A DNA stretch of 64,000 bases from positions 28,622 through 92,621 of the forward strand of contig DF237316.1 in the NCBI GenBank assembly GCA_000708835.1, written 5' to 3'. Both the position numbers and the translations under genes were made by a program. The notes under the pieces were generated by a model. That model was not told where the DNA came from. It made no database searches and saw only the letters and a list, made by a program, of their open reading frames with translations. The DNA comes from Klebsormidium nitens (taxonomy: Eukaryota; Plantae; Klebsormidiophyceae). This document shows, piece by piece, positions 1-9,729 of the stretch. Each line of letters begins with the position of its first letter. The stretch's first letter is position 1.

Positions 1-1
1 G

Positions 2-2013
2 GACGAGCATCGAGACGGCTGGGTGATAGCCGCGCTCAGGCCGCTCAATCACGCCGTCGAGCTCTTGCGGATCCAGGCGGAGCGGGGCGCGCTGGACGGG
101 CAGGAGACGCGACTTTTGGCGGACGCTCGCGGCCTCGCGGACCGGTTGCTGCCCGGGGTGGAGGCGCTGAGGCCGAGCCCGGCTCAATGGGCGGCGATGA
201 GCGGGGTTGAGCGAGAGCTCTTATGGGAACGGCTCGGACGTGATGAGGAGGGCCACCAGATGCACCCGCTCCCGCCGGGGCACGGCTTCCGGGCGGAGCT
301 TGATGCGCTTGGGCATTACGCGTTGCCGGGGTGGGAGCAGAAGCGCGGTCTGCCGCATTACGTCACATTCGAGCACGCCAACGGGAAGAGTCGGACGGGG
401 GAGGAATTCAAGTGCAATTCGGGGCAGACGGAGACCGAATGGGACGCCGCAAACGTGCCCGGGCTGACGCGGGGAGGCGGAAAGGGGAAGAAGGCGAAGC
501 GGCCGCACAAGAGCAGAGGCGCCATGGTGGTCTGCTGCCCCCATCGGGTCATCTACGGCTTCCACGTGATGCTGAGAGGCGAAAGTCCAAGGGACGTCTT
601 CACCGTGCTTTTCACGCGGCTGAACCGGGAGCACCTCCCCAAATTCGTCGTCTACGACAACGCCTGCGCCCTGCGCAACTACTGCATGAGGCGCGAGCCC
701 GCGTTTTTCGCCGAGATCACATTCGTCGTGGACAGGTGAGCGTCGAACCGANNNNNNNNNNNNNNNNNNNNNNNNNNNNNNNNNNNNNNNNNNNNNNNNN
801 NNNNNNNNNNNNNNNNNNNNNNNNNNNNNNNNNNNNNNNNNNNNNNNNNNNNNNNNNNNNNNNNNNNNNNNNNNNNNNNNNNNNNNNNNNNNNNNNNNNN
901 NNNNNNNNNNNNNNNNNNNNNNNNNNNNNNNNNNNNNNNNNNNNNNNNNNNNNNNNNNNNNNNNNNNNNNNNNNNNNNNNNNNNNNNNNNNNNNNNNNNN
1001 NNNNNNNNNNNNNNNNNNNNNNNNNNNNNNNNNNNNNNNNNNNNNNNNNNNNNNNNNNNNNNNNNNNNNNNNNNNNNNNNNNNNNNNNNNNNNNNNNNNN
1101 NNNNNNNNNNNNNNNNNNNNNNNNNNNNNNNNNNNNNNNNNNNNNNNNNNNNNNNNNNNNNNNNNNNNNNNNNNNNNNNNNNNNNNNNNNNNNNNNNNNN
1201 NNNNNNNNNNNNNNNNNNNNNNNNNNNNNNNNNNNNNNNNNNNNNNNNNNNNNNNNNNNNNNNNNNNNNNNNNNNNNNNNNNNNNNNNNNNNNNNNNNNN
1301 NNNNNNNNNNNNNNNNNNNNNNNNNNNNNNNNNNNNNNNNNNNNNNNNNNNNNNNNNNNNNNNNNNNNNNNNNNNNNNNNNNNNNNNNNNNNNNNNNNNN
1401 NNNNNNNNNNNAACCGATAGGAAACGTTTCCCTTTCGTCATCATCGTCGATGGCGTCTCGCAACTTTGACACCGTTGTACGAAATGGTCAACAGTCAAAA
1501 CCTGCATCCTATTAGATATATATAAGTCGTTATAGATTGCAAGAATTGACTGTTCTCCAAGGGCATGCCGAGGGCGCAATGGCCCCCTTGCTGCCTCCGC
1601 GTTATCTCAATCGCGAACTTGCAAGCGCCTTCTGGCCCGTTAATATGTGCATTCACTGTGCAACACGGCTTGAAGGTGCGAGGACGTAGCAAAAGTCGCT
1701 GCGATGTTGGTGCAGGTTTCACTACGCCAAGGCGGGTGCGGAGGTTCACAAGTGCGGGCCCTCCAACGCCACCGACTTCTACGATCTGCTTCGGTGGGTC
1801 AACACCTCGGCGGTGGAGTCCGTGAACAGCTTCTTGAAGAGGTTTAGGACGCTGGGCTGGTACTCGGGGCTGGAGAGCTTCATGATCTTCCTGTCCATCC
1901 TCCTCAGCGGCTATAACGTCGATCTCAGGCGGGTAGACGATGCGAAGCTGAGGGTGACGGTGCCGGCAGGGCAATGGAGTGAGATAGTCAGGAGGCTGCT
2001 GTTAGGAGGGTGA
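2..2013 (+). mobile_element. KDZ (Kyakuja-Dileera-Zisupton)-type transposase, 3' part (exons <2-735 and 1716-2013)
   Basis: Motifs GAMVVCCPH, GESPRDVF and VVYDNACAL. The join gacag|gtgagc (736) ... tgcag|gtttcac (1715) gives VVDRFHY, followed by NTSAVESVNSFL. The frame is open to the window edge. The intron spans an N gap, so the two exons could come from different copies. Confidence 0.75.
752..1411. other. Assembly gap (N run)
   Basis: Run of N in the sequence. Confidence 1.
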
Positions 2014-2054
2014 TCGGTTCGCTACCTTTGGAATGCAAAACGGTCCTGAAACAC

Positions 2055-2094
2055 GATTGTATCAGATTGTATCAGATTGTATCAGATTGTATCA
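2055..2094. repeat. 4 perfect tandem copies of GATTGTATCA; more TGTATCA/TGATACA motifs to about 2540 (probable KDZ subterminal repeats)
   Basis: Read directly from the sequence, just downstream of the transposase stop. Scattered copies occur near 2225, 2243, 2322-2346, 2476 and 2537. Confidence 0.8.
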
Positions 2095-2554
2095 CGTTCC
2101 AAACGGTGCGGAATGTGGATTGAATGAATGCCATTTTCTCACTCGCATGCATTGCAATTGGGGGGGGATGGACAAAAATGGAGAGGCCAGGCTCGTCGCG
2201 TCACAAACGGGTGGAAAATGATCCTGATACATTGATGCGCTTGATACAGTCTTCACAAGTTCTCTATATATATACAAAAAAACACCCTCTCTTTTTTCAA
2301 AATATATATTATACTTTACCCTTGTATCTTGTATCATTTGTATCAGCTTCGTGATGGCCTTTCTTCCTCTAATTCCACCTCTTTCCCCCATTTGCTTTTG
2401 TGTCCTCTAAAGAAATTCCTAGTATCATTCTAAATATTGCTATCATCGCGGCCGTTCTCGGGTGACGAGAGACGTTTGGGGAACCGCTCACTACCTGATA
2501 CAGCTTTTATGGCAGGGCCAAAAACGCGTATCAGTTGTATCACCTCCCAGCGAG

Positions 2555-5500
2555 TTACCTGGATTCTCGAGGACCCCAACAATCTTCTAATGAAGGCTGG
2601 ATTCGACACGATTCGGCCACCGGCGGTTCCGAGTTGCCGTCTTCGTCCTCCCGAAGTTCGTCATCGGTCTTGAGCCGGATTCCGAAGAAGCCAGCTGATC
2701 TGCGTCGCGAACCATCGACCATCGGGATCATTCGATTTACGCCTGTGAATGGGTGTTGATAGATGTTCTTCGCTTTCATTGCCTGTGTTAGGATTCCGTC
2801 GTTGGCCATCGCTCTATCGTGTCCTAAACTCATCAAGAATGCGGCGTAGGCCGCCGTGATTTCGACTTTGGTGATCTTGTACTCCCTCCCCAGCTTGCAG
2901 AAACCGGAAACTCACGCACCCAACTGATCGTTCTCGGTCGTATATTTGGTGATAGCTGCGCTGAAAATCTGCGGGATTGGTTTCAGAGCCGGTGCGCTCG
3001 GATTTGCCGCCTTACGTGCGTAGTACATCATTGCTCCTTCCACGCAGAAATCTAGGGTGTCGGCAGCGCCCTCGTCCGACTCCATGTAGTTCTTCAGGTT
3101 GGTGTCGATAAGCCTGTGCAGTGGATTATTCGCGTCGATCTGGTCCTCGCTTCTGAAAAGCTTGTTGAACATCATCAGGAGGAGGCGCCGAATCATGCCC
3201 TCATCGTTGGCGGGGAACAATGGCCGGTAATTCGTCAGCATGCATAGCTTGAAACGCGGCACATAGTTCTCCGTCTTGCAGAACAACTGGCGAGCATTGA
3301 TCCCGCCTCCACCGGTTAATTCCTTCAAAGAGCCGCAGTTGAGATGCTCTTCTTGTTCGCTCTCGTCCATGATCACGAGGCGAGCTGCCTTTATGTGCAT
3401 CAGGTGGGACGACGCGGCCGATGCGCTCTGGCTAAAGGCTGGTTTGATGAATATGGCCTTTGCACCGGTGGTGCAATACGTGCCGAATGCCTTTTGCAGT
3501 GCGATTTTCAGCTGCGTTTTTCCGTTTCCTCCGCAGCCATTCAAGATTGAAAGGAGCTCTTCACAGGTCTCGCCCGTGAGGCAATACCCAAAGAACATTT
3601 GGACCCACTCGATGATGCTTTCGTCCAGGACCGAGATCATGAAACCCCGGAATTTCGCTGTGGGGGCTCTGCTTGCCCCTCGCACGTACGTGAAGGTTTG
3701 GTTGTTGCACAGATCCTTCGGATGGTGCTTCGAAAGCTGCCCGGTCTTCAGATCGATCAACCCGTTTGGTGCATTGGCCACGCAAGGATCCTAATCGAAC
3801 TTATCCGTGAGTTGGGCCACGAACAGTTCAGTGATCGTCGAATGCAGACACTTAGCCACTTGGACCGGATCTTGGACGTTGATTTTGAAGGGGGGCATAT
3901 CCCTCTCGCTTTGATCCATGCAAGATTTCGTGGCAGACTTTATCATGGGTTTCCGCTTCTCGGGAACCGAATCCAAGTCCACTTCGCGCGTCTCTTGGTT
4001 CCAAAAGGGTGCTAAAACAGGGTGCTCCGATAGCAGCTTCCTCTCATGGTCGTCTCGCTTCATCTCGTACCAAGTCATCAAAATCCCCATCTGCGATGTG
4101 AACACGTTTGAGACGAGATTGTAAGTGTCTTGGATCCAAGAGGAGCCGTTCCATACGTAGAAAACCGCCGCTCCTTTCTGTGACTTTTCTGCTTCGTGCA
4201 CGGTGGTAAGGATTCGGCCTTCAATCATGTATAAATATGCAAAGAGCTTGCCCAAGTTGGCAAAAGCTCCAGGTACGGCATTGGCAAGTACGATCTGAAG
4301 CAGCAAATTCCGGGTCTCTTGAGACCCCTTGATGTGCCTCATAATTACCTGCATGTCGTCGTATTGATCGACCGGATCGCTGGTGGCATCCTCAAGAGCT
4401 GCTTCTAGGCTCAATTGGCCGAGCTTCCTCACCGGCTCGTGGGAACATTGGTCACCGTGGCAGCGGTAGTAGACATTCCGCCCGCGCTTCAGCAGGTTGA
4501 AATTATTGCTGCCTTGATGTTCGCGGCCGAAGAAGCACGTCCTAGGCCCGGTCGTCCGGAAGCAGTAATACGTACCGTATAGACCGTGCTGGAGCGAGCT
4601 CGCATACGTGCTTGACGAATCCTTCGCCTTCTCCTTCAGCATCTTCTGAAGCTCTCGCACGAGCAGACCATCCTGCGCCAATGGCACATGTGTCGCACCC
4701 CCTGTGACCGGCTCGACCGGTCTGGCCGGCTGGACCGGCTCATCTTCTGAGGCTGGATTCTGGTCAACTTCGCCACCGCTGTCGACAGCGCGGGGCAGTG
4801 GGGCACATTCCGAGGCGGCGATCGAAGGCCCCGCACCAGCTGAGCCTCGATTGATAGTATCGACAAGCCAGCTTGGCATTGCCTGTGGGATTCCGTCGCC
4901 CTCAGGTGCCCAGGAGTAGCCTCGAGATTCGCCGTGCTGCCCCAGATATCGAGCAGGTGGGGCAAAGCAGAGACCTCCGATGCCTCTGCCATCGATACCG
5001 TAGTCCTTGCCTTCGACGACCAGCCCTGCAAAGTTGTTAGTTCTATTCAGGCCGACCGTTGCGGTGATGTCGAAGTAATAGTGGTAACCCCCACTGCCGG
5101 TGACGACCTTCAATGTTGCAGGCTCACCGTGCTGGCTTGTTAGCTTGTTCCAAATTTCAATACCGGAGCGTTTTATCTTACCGTCCGACTTGATACTGCT
5201 TGCAACGTCGACGTCGACGCAAAACAGCTTACTTGGCTCTGTCATTACAGCAAGGCCGTTACACTTCTTGGACGACCTGAGGACGCTCCCGATTTTGGCT
5301 TTCCACTTGTCCACCGTTGCCAGCTGACCCCAGGGAAGTGAGAATTTCGGATCTTTTTTACCGCTCGCTTTCAAGGTGATGGTCACTGGTACACAATAGA
5401 TTTCGTGCGTGCTCAGGCGCATGATCTCCGAGCTGACGTCCTTGGGGTCTAGGGCCGACGGCCTCACGTCGGATCGAGCGCCCGGGGTCAAACCGTCGGG

Positions 5501-5584
5501 GTATTGTTGAGGAGCCTGGAGGCCTGACGCTGACAAGGTGGCGGCAGTCTCAGAGGAGTTGCTGGTGTTCATGGCGCTGAGCAT
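2555..5584 (-). pseudogene. Intronless PrimPol-type primase / Zn-binding / D5_N / SF3 helicase (virus-like), interrupted by two in-frame stops
   Basis: ORFs 3791-5647, 2912-3781 and 2555-2836 share one frame, separated by a single TAG (3791-3793) and a single TGA (2912-2914). Primase motifs: CVDVD, TGSGGYHYYF, GIDGRG. Zn motif: C..GREH..NNF..RCHGDQC. Also YVWNGSSW and NGLIDLKTG. Walker A GCGGNGKT, Walker B LVIMDE, sensor MLTN. Confidence 0.88.
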
Positions 5585-5683
5585 GTTATACTCTAAGGTT
5601 CTGTTAGGAAAAAAATAAGCGTCAGAAAAACGCACGTACGCGGACAACCCTCGAATATTTTCTCAAGTGAGACTACGACTGAA

Positions 5684-6016
5684 ATGTCAGACACACTTAA
5701 CAACCTACCCAAGAAAGGCACTTACGCCGACGAGGTGTTTACCTGTGAGTGCCGCCATTGCTTGACGGCACGAAAATACAAACTGCGGAATCCGGATGCT
5801 CAAAACCGTTCTATGGCCGAATACTATCAGCGAAACAAAGATACCCTCCTCATTGATCAAGCATGGCTGCGATACAAGCGAGGGGTGAATCTTCACTTCA
5901 AGACCCTTACGAAACTCAAACAAGCTGGCTTCCCCGTAGAAATGACCGCTGGTGCGCCAGCCTCTCAGCCTACAGAGAATGATCTGATGCATTTCGTTGC
6001 AGTCGAAGCCGCTTAG
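5684..6016 (+). CDS. Small virus-like hypothetical protein (110 aa; CECRHC, basic helix YYQRNKD)
   Basis: Clean ATG ORF, divergent from the primase gene. Its TAG overlaps the inferred TAA of the convergent recombinase. Confidence 0.55.
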   Translation: MSDTLNNLPKKGTYADEVFTCECRHCLTARKYKLRNPDAQNRSMAEYYQRNKDTLLIDQAWLRYKRGVNLHFKTLTKLKQAGFPVEMTAGAPASQPTENDLMHFVAVEAA

Positions 6017-7069
6017 CCCTTTGGTTTCCTTTCGTACGATCGCATCTGTGTGGTGACTGAATGGAGCATCCTAGACGCCACATATTGCCTATCCGCTAGC
6101 GAGGCGTCGTTCTGGTACCGGTCTGTCAGGAAAATTGTGCCGCAAGTGGTTGATTGTCAGATGTCGCCCATCAGTGAATGGAATCTCGCGAATGAATTGG
6201 GTTAGGTACTCGTCGTTCATAGGGTCGCCAAGGTTGCTCAGCAACGTCAGGAAAAACGCTCGAGGTACGAGCTCGATCGAGCGCTTGATGTAACACGAGA
6301 GTCGCTTCGGCATCTCGAACCGCTGCTCCCCGTACTGCTTTGCTGTTTTGAACGACTTTAGCACGAGTACGTAAGTCTCGGTGTCTCTAGACTCCTTCAA
6401 AACGTTTCCGTACTCATCGAACATGTCCTTTGCGGCCTGATTGTGAAAGCTGCCGTCCGCTTTCTGCAACGGGAGGTCGGACCAATCGCGCCGCTTAGGC
6501 GGTTCGAGAACGTTGGCAGCCAGAAGTAGGTGTTGGAAGACCACCTTCACCTCCTCTCGATTCAGGCGCCGCCCGCTCCCTCGAAACTCTGGCAGGATCT
6601 GACGCCTTATGCGCCGTCCCAACTCTTCCATTTTGTCCTTGATCTCCTGCATCGTGATCCAATTGTCCAACTCTTTTTTGGTGGCCTTTTGGGAGCCCGC
6701 GTTTCTCATCTGTTCAGCCTTTGCCAGCAAAAAGCACACGTAGTACTTCCTGTGAGTCTCCTGCCACCCGTTCTGGCGAGAGAGGGCCATAAGAGGGGTC
6801 AGCTTGTTGCACAGTGACCCTTTGCTTGGGTAGTGCTTTTGGATGACCTCGATAACCCGATCTACGCTGTCTTTGATCCACTCTAGGTCATCCGGCAGGG
6901 AATCGCCCGAACCCAGAAGGCGATGGACCGCATTTAAAGACTTGACATACTGAGCACAGGTGCTCTCAGCCCTGCCCTCTCCCTCCAGCAATTTTGCATG
7001 GCACATGGCCGAGCCGCAGCGCACGATCCTTACGTCATCATCCACGGCTGCTTCCTGCGAGGATGTCAT
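6013..7069 (-). pseudogene. Tyrosine recombinase/integrase with a +1 frameshift near 6135
   Basis: PPKRRDW (catalytic R), FKTAKQYG (K) and INHLRH (HxxR). Removing one base at CAC AAT TTT restores IFLTDRYQNDASLADRQYVASRMLHSVTTQMRSYERKPKG*, which supplies the final H and the nucleophilic Y. Confidence 0.82.
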
Positions 7070-7245
7070 TTAGATATACTGAGGAAGTATTCCCAGAATA
7101 CCACGAGTTCAAAACGACGTCCCCCTGACCATCATAACCCCTTCGAAAGCAATTCCAAGGGAGTCGGGTCGTGTTTTTAGGAGGGGCACGGACACCAACA
7201 TCCACTGATTCGGAGAAAAGTGCACTAGGTCGGGATTTAAAAACG

Positions 7246-7266
7246 CGGTATTTTCTGAAAATACCG
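7246..7266. repeat. Perfect inverted repeat CGGTATTTTC-T-GAAAATACCG
   Basis: 10-bp arms with a 1-nt spacer, in the intergenic region upstream of the recombinase. Confidence 0.85.
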
Positions 7267-7446
7267 ATCCAGGGATTCTAGCTGATAAGGGGGCATGTTC
7301 GCATTTAATACTGCTTTCGGCCTGACGATTGGTCGGGAACTGGGCATGATTCTAAGAGGTTCGAGACATTTACTTGGAGTGCGTCCGGGGGGAGGTCATT
7401 TTCTTTGAGCCCTGCTGCATTTTTTTTCATTGCATTTGACAACGAT

Positions 7447-7955
7447 ATGGAAGAGCAACCTCTTGACGAAGGTAAAGACCGGCGTTCGTTTCGGGTTCTC
7501 AAAGCTCTTGACATGAAGTGCACTGATCAAAGCAATAGGCTGGATGGAGCTCGGCTGGAGATCGACGCCGAGAAGGGCAGAGTAGTCCAAGCGGGCTCAA
7601 GAGCAGGATCTTCTCTTTTTCGACTGCTCAAGGCAGATTCCCGTAAGTCCGCAACCCTTCCCTACGCATGCAGCATTCTCCTACAGGAAACGACGAGAAG
7701 CAGCAAGCATAAGCAGTTCGCATACTCTGTCTCTCTTTGCGCATTACCTGAAATAGAAGGCCTGAGGGAATGCAGTTTCAGGGAAGTTACCGAACAACGG
7801 CAACGAAGCTGACGTTGGAGGCATTTGATGCCTTGCTGCAGAAATCAACGGGGAGTTTGAAAAAACAAAGCGTGACAGCGGCGGCCCTCATGGGTAAAAA
7901 CCCAAGGCGTTCCAAACCTACGAAGAAGACTCAAACATTGGGGTCTACTCCTTAA
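7447..7955 (+). pseudogene. Hypothetical intronless ORF, probably frameshifted near 7790
   Basis: MEEQPLDE... ORF to 7812, with an overlapping frame continuing TTATKLTLEAFDALLQKS to 7955. No family recognised. Confidence 0.35.
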
Positions 7956-8087
7956 GCTCCGATGACCAGTAATTTTACTTAGGGAAATATTCACGAACTG
8001 TCGAATCAACCCGTAAGGCTTGACACAGCAACGGCGCACGCTTCGATGCGTGAAAAAACGGACTACTTTCCTTAAACTTCTTAAAAG

Positions 8088-8564
8088 CTAGCCTCTCGCG
8101 CTGGCTGCGAGCCGGTTGTTGGCCTTACACTTGGCGGGGTTCGCCAGGAGGTCGAGCATGAGGTCATCGGCCGTGAGGTATCTCAGTTCGGCGATTTGTG
8201 CTTCCATCGAAATCTCATGCTGCGTGCGCACTTTGTCGCATGCTTTCCTGCTCTTGCTATGTTGCTCCGAACGTTTTAGAACAGACCCCCAGTCTACCAA
8301 CAGATTGTAGGGGTTTTTGCACCGGTGCACGACTATCTCCGCCTTTTGAAGACCACGGCAAACTGCATTGACCATGTCACACATCGAGAATGGTGGGAGG
8401 GTCCCTCGAATTCCCGAAATCTCCCCCAACGGCAGTACCATGCCGTGCGTGTGCTCCGTTTCGAAAGTCCGTTTAATGCGGCTGATAGATTTATCAAGAC
8501 ACTCCTGGTAAAACTGTCGGATCTGATTCTTCGTTTTGTTGTGGGCTGCCAATATATCCTGCAT
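8088..8564 (-). CDS. Conserved NCLDV-type hypothetical protein (158 aa)
   Basis: Pattern Y..CL.K...RIK ... G.LPPF ... L......V.....YNLLVDW resembles a small phycodna/mimivirus family (recalled as DUF5759; unverified). Confidence 0.55.
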   Translation of the reverse strand: MQDILAAHNKTKNQIRQFYQECLDKSISRIKRTFETEHTHGMVLPLGEISGIRGTLPPFSMCDMVNAVCRGLQKAEIVVHRCKNPYNLLVDWGSVLKRSEQHSKSRKACDKVRTQHEISMEAQIAELRYLTADDLMLDLLANPAKCKANNRLAASARG

Positions 8565-8619
8565 GTTACTCGTCTTAGATAGATGTATGAAAATTACAAC
8601 TCGCTAAACCGTAATCACC

Positions 8620-9565
8620 TTCAGCACGTTTAGGTTGTTCAGACATTTGCGCAAAATATTTCCACGTAGCAAAGAGTCAAATCTGCCACAAAGCAAGGGG
8701 GGTATGAGCCATGAAAACGTTTGACAGTGGAGAGTCAAAACTTGCAAATCTTACTTTAGTATATAAGCTATTATCGAGTGCAAATTTTGACTGATCCGTT
8801 CGGCACCATGTAAATCTAAACGGCTCTACTCCAAGCACGGCAGGAGCTTCGTTCAGGCAAGACGGCAACCTCCTTTTAAAATTTGGGCAAAGGCAGCAGC
8901 CTTCTTTAGGACGTTCAGGTTCGTGCGCAAACCATTTTCACGTGGCGAGGGGTCTACGAAAAGACGGCGCCGGTCTCGAACGTTTGGCGGCAGCGGCAAC
9001 TTGCTCTATCAGAATGTTCAGGTTTGTGCGCAGACTATTACCACGTGGCGGAAAAAAAGGGGCCAGTTCAAAACGCATGCGACATACGTCCATGTTGCGG
9101 AAACCTTGAATATTTCCCTTGAATATTTCTGTTGACGAAGGTGCCTTGCCATGAAATCTGTCACCAAGGCAAAGCAGACAAAAACCCTTGCACCACTGGC
9201 GAAACGCGAGAAGAGTGCGCTGGTCGAAGAGGCTTCGAGGCGATATCAAGAAATGCTCGAATCCGGAGAAGATGAGGAATTCAACGTTCTTGTGAAGGAG
9301 CATGAAGCGCAGAAAGCCCTTGGCCGGAGAGTCGAGAGTGCCAGGGGGCCGGTCTAGAACGGCGATAGCCATCTTTGGGCAAGACGGTCGCCTCGTTCAG
9401 ATGACGTTCAGATTTGTGCGCAAACAGTTGGCAAGAGAGTCGAGAGCGGGCGGCAGGCTCGTTCAGGATGTTCATGATTGTGCGCAAATATTTCAACGTG
9501 GCGGAACAAAGATGTGCACATAGAAGATCGTGTTCAGGATGTTTAGATATTTGGACAAACATTTT
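8620..9565 (+). repeat. About 6 dispersed direct copies of TGTTCAGGATGTTCAnGnTTGTGCGCAAA
   Basis: Copies near 8630, 8905, 9010, 9395, 9460 and 9530; same motif as the hairpin arms of the intron array. Confidence 0.75.
9151..9357 (+). CDS. Small hypothetical ORF (68 aa)
   Basis: ATG ORF with a helical, charged composition, lying between repeat motifs. No family recognised. Confidence 0.3.
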   Translation: MKSVTKAKQTKTLAPLAKREKSALVEEASRRYQEMLESGEDEEFNVLVKEHEAQKALGRRVESARGPV

Positions 9566-9729
9566 TCAGATGCGATGGAACGTTGCAAATTCATGTCGAT
9601 AGTGAATGACGTGCAAAACAGTAGATGGATATTTACAAGTCGATTTTTGTTGTCGGAAGTTGGACACCTGTCTCCAATCTATATACAAAGCTGCATCCTC
9701 TTAACACTACCTAAAGATCAACTAACGGT

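Noticed and set aside
221-1579. Long ORFs 221-1579, 331-1515, 717-1472, 25318-26091 and 25506-26099
   Set aside because: Artefacts of translating through N runs.
2912-3793. Alternative genetic code or programmed readthrough (TAG/TGA as sense)
   Set aside because: Neighbouring genes end in normal TAG, TGA and TAA and also carry frameshifts; pseudogenisation is simpler.
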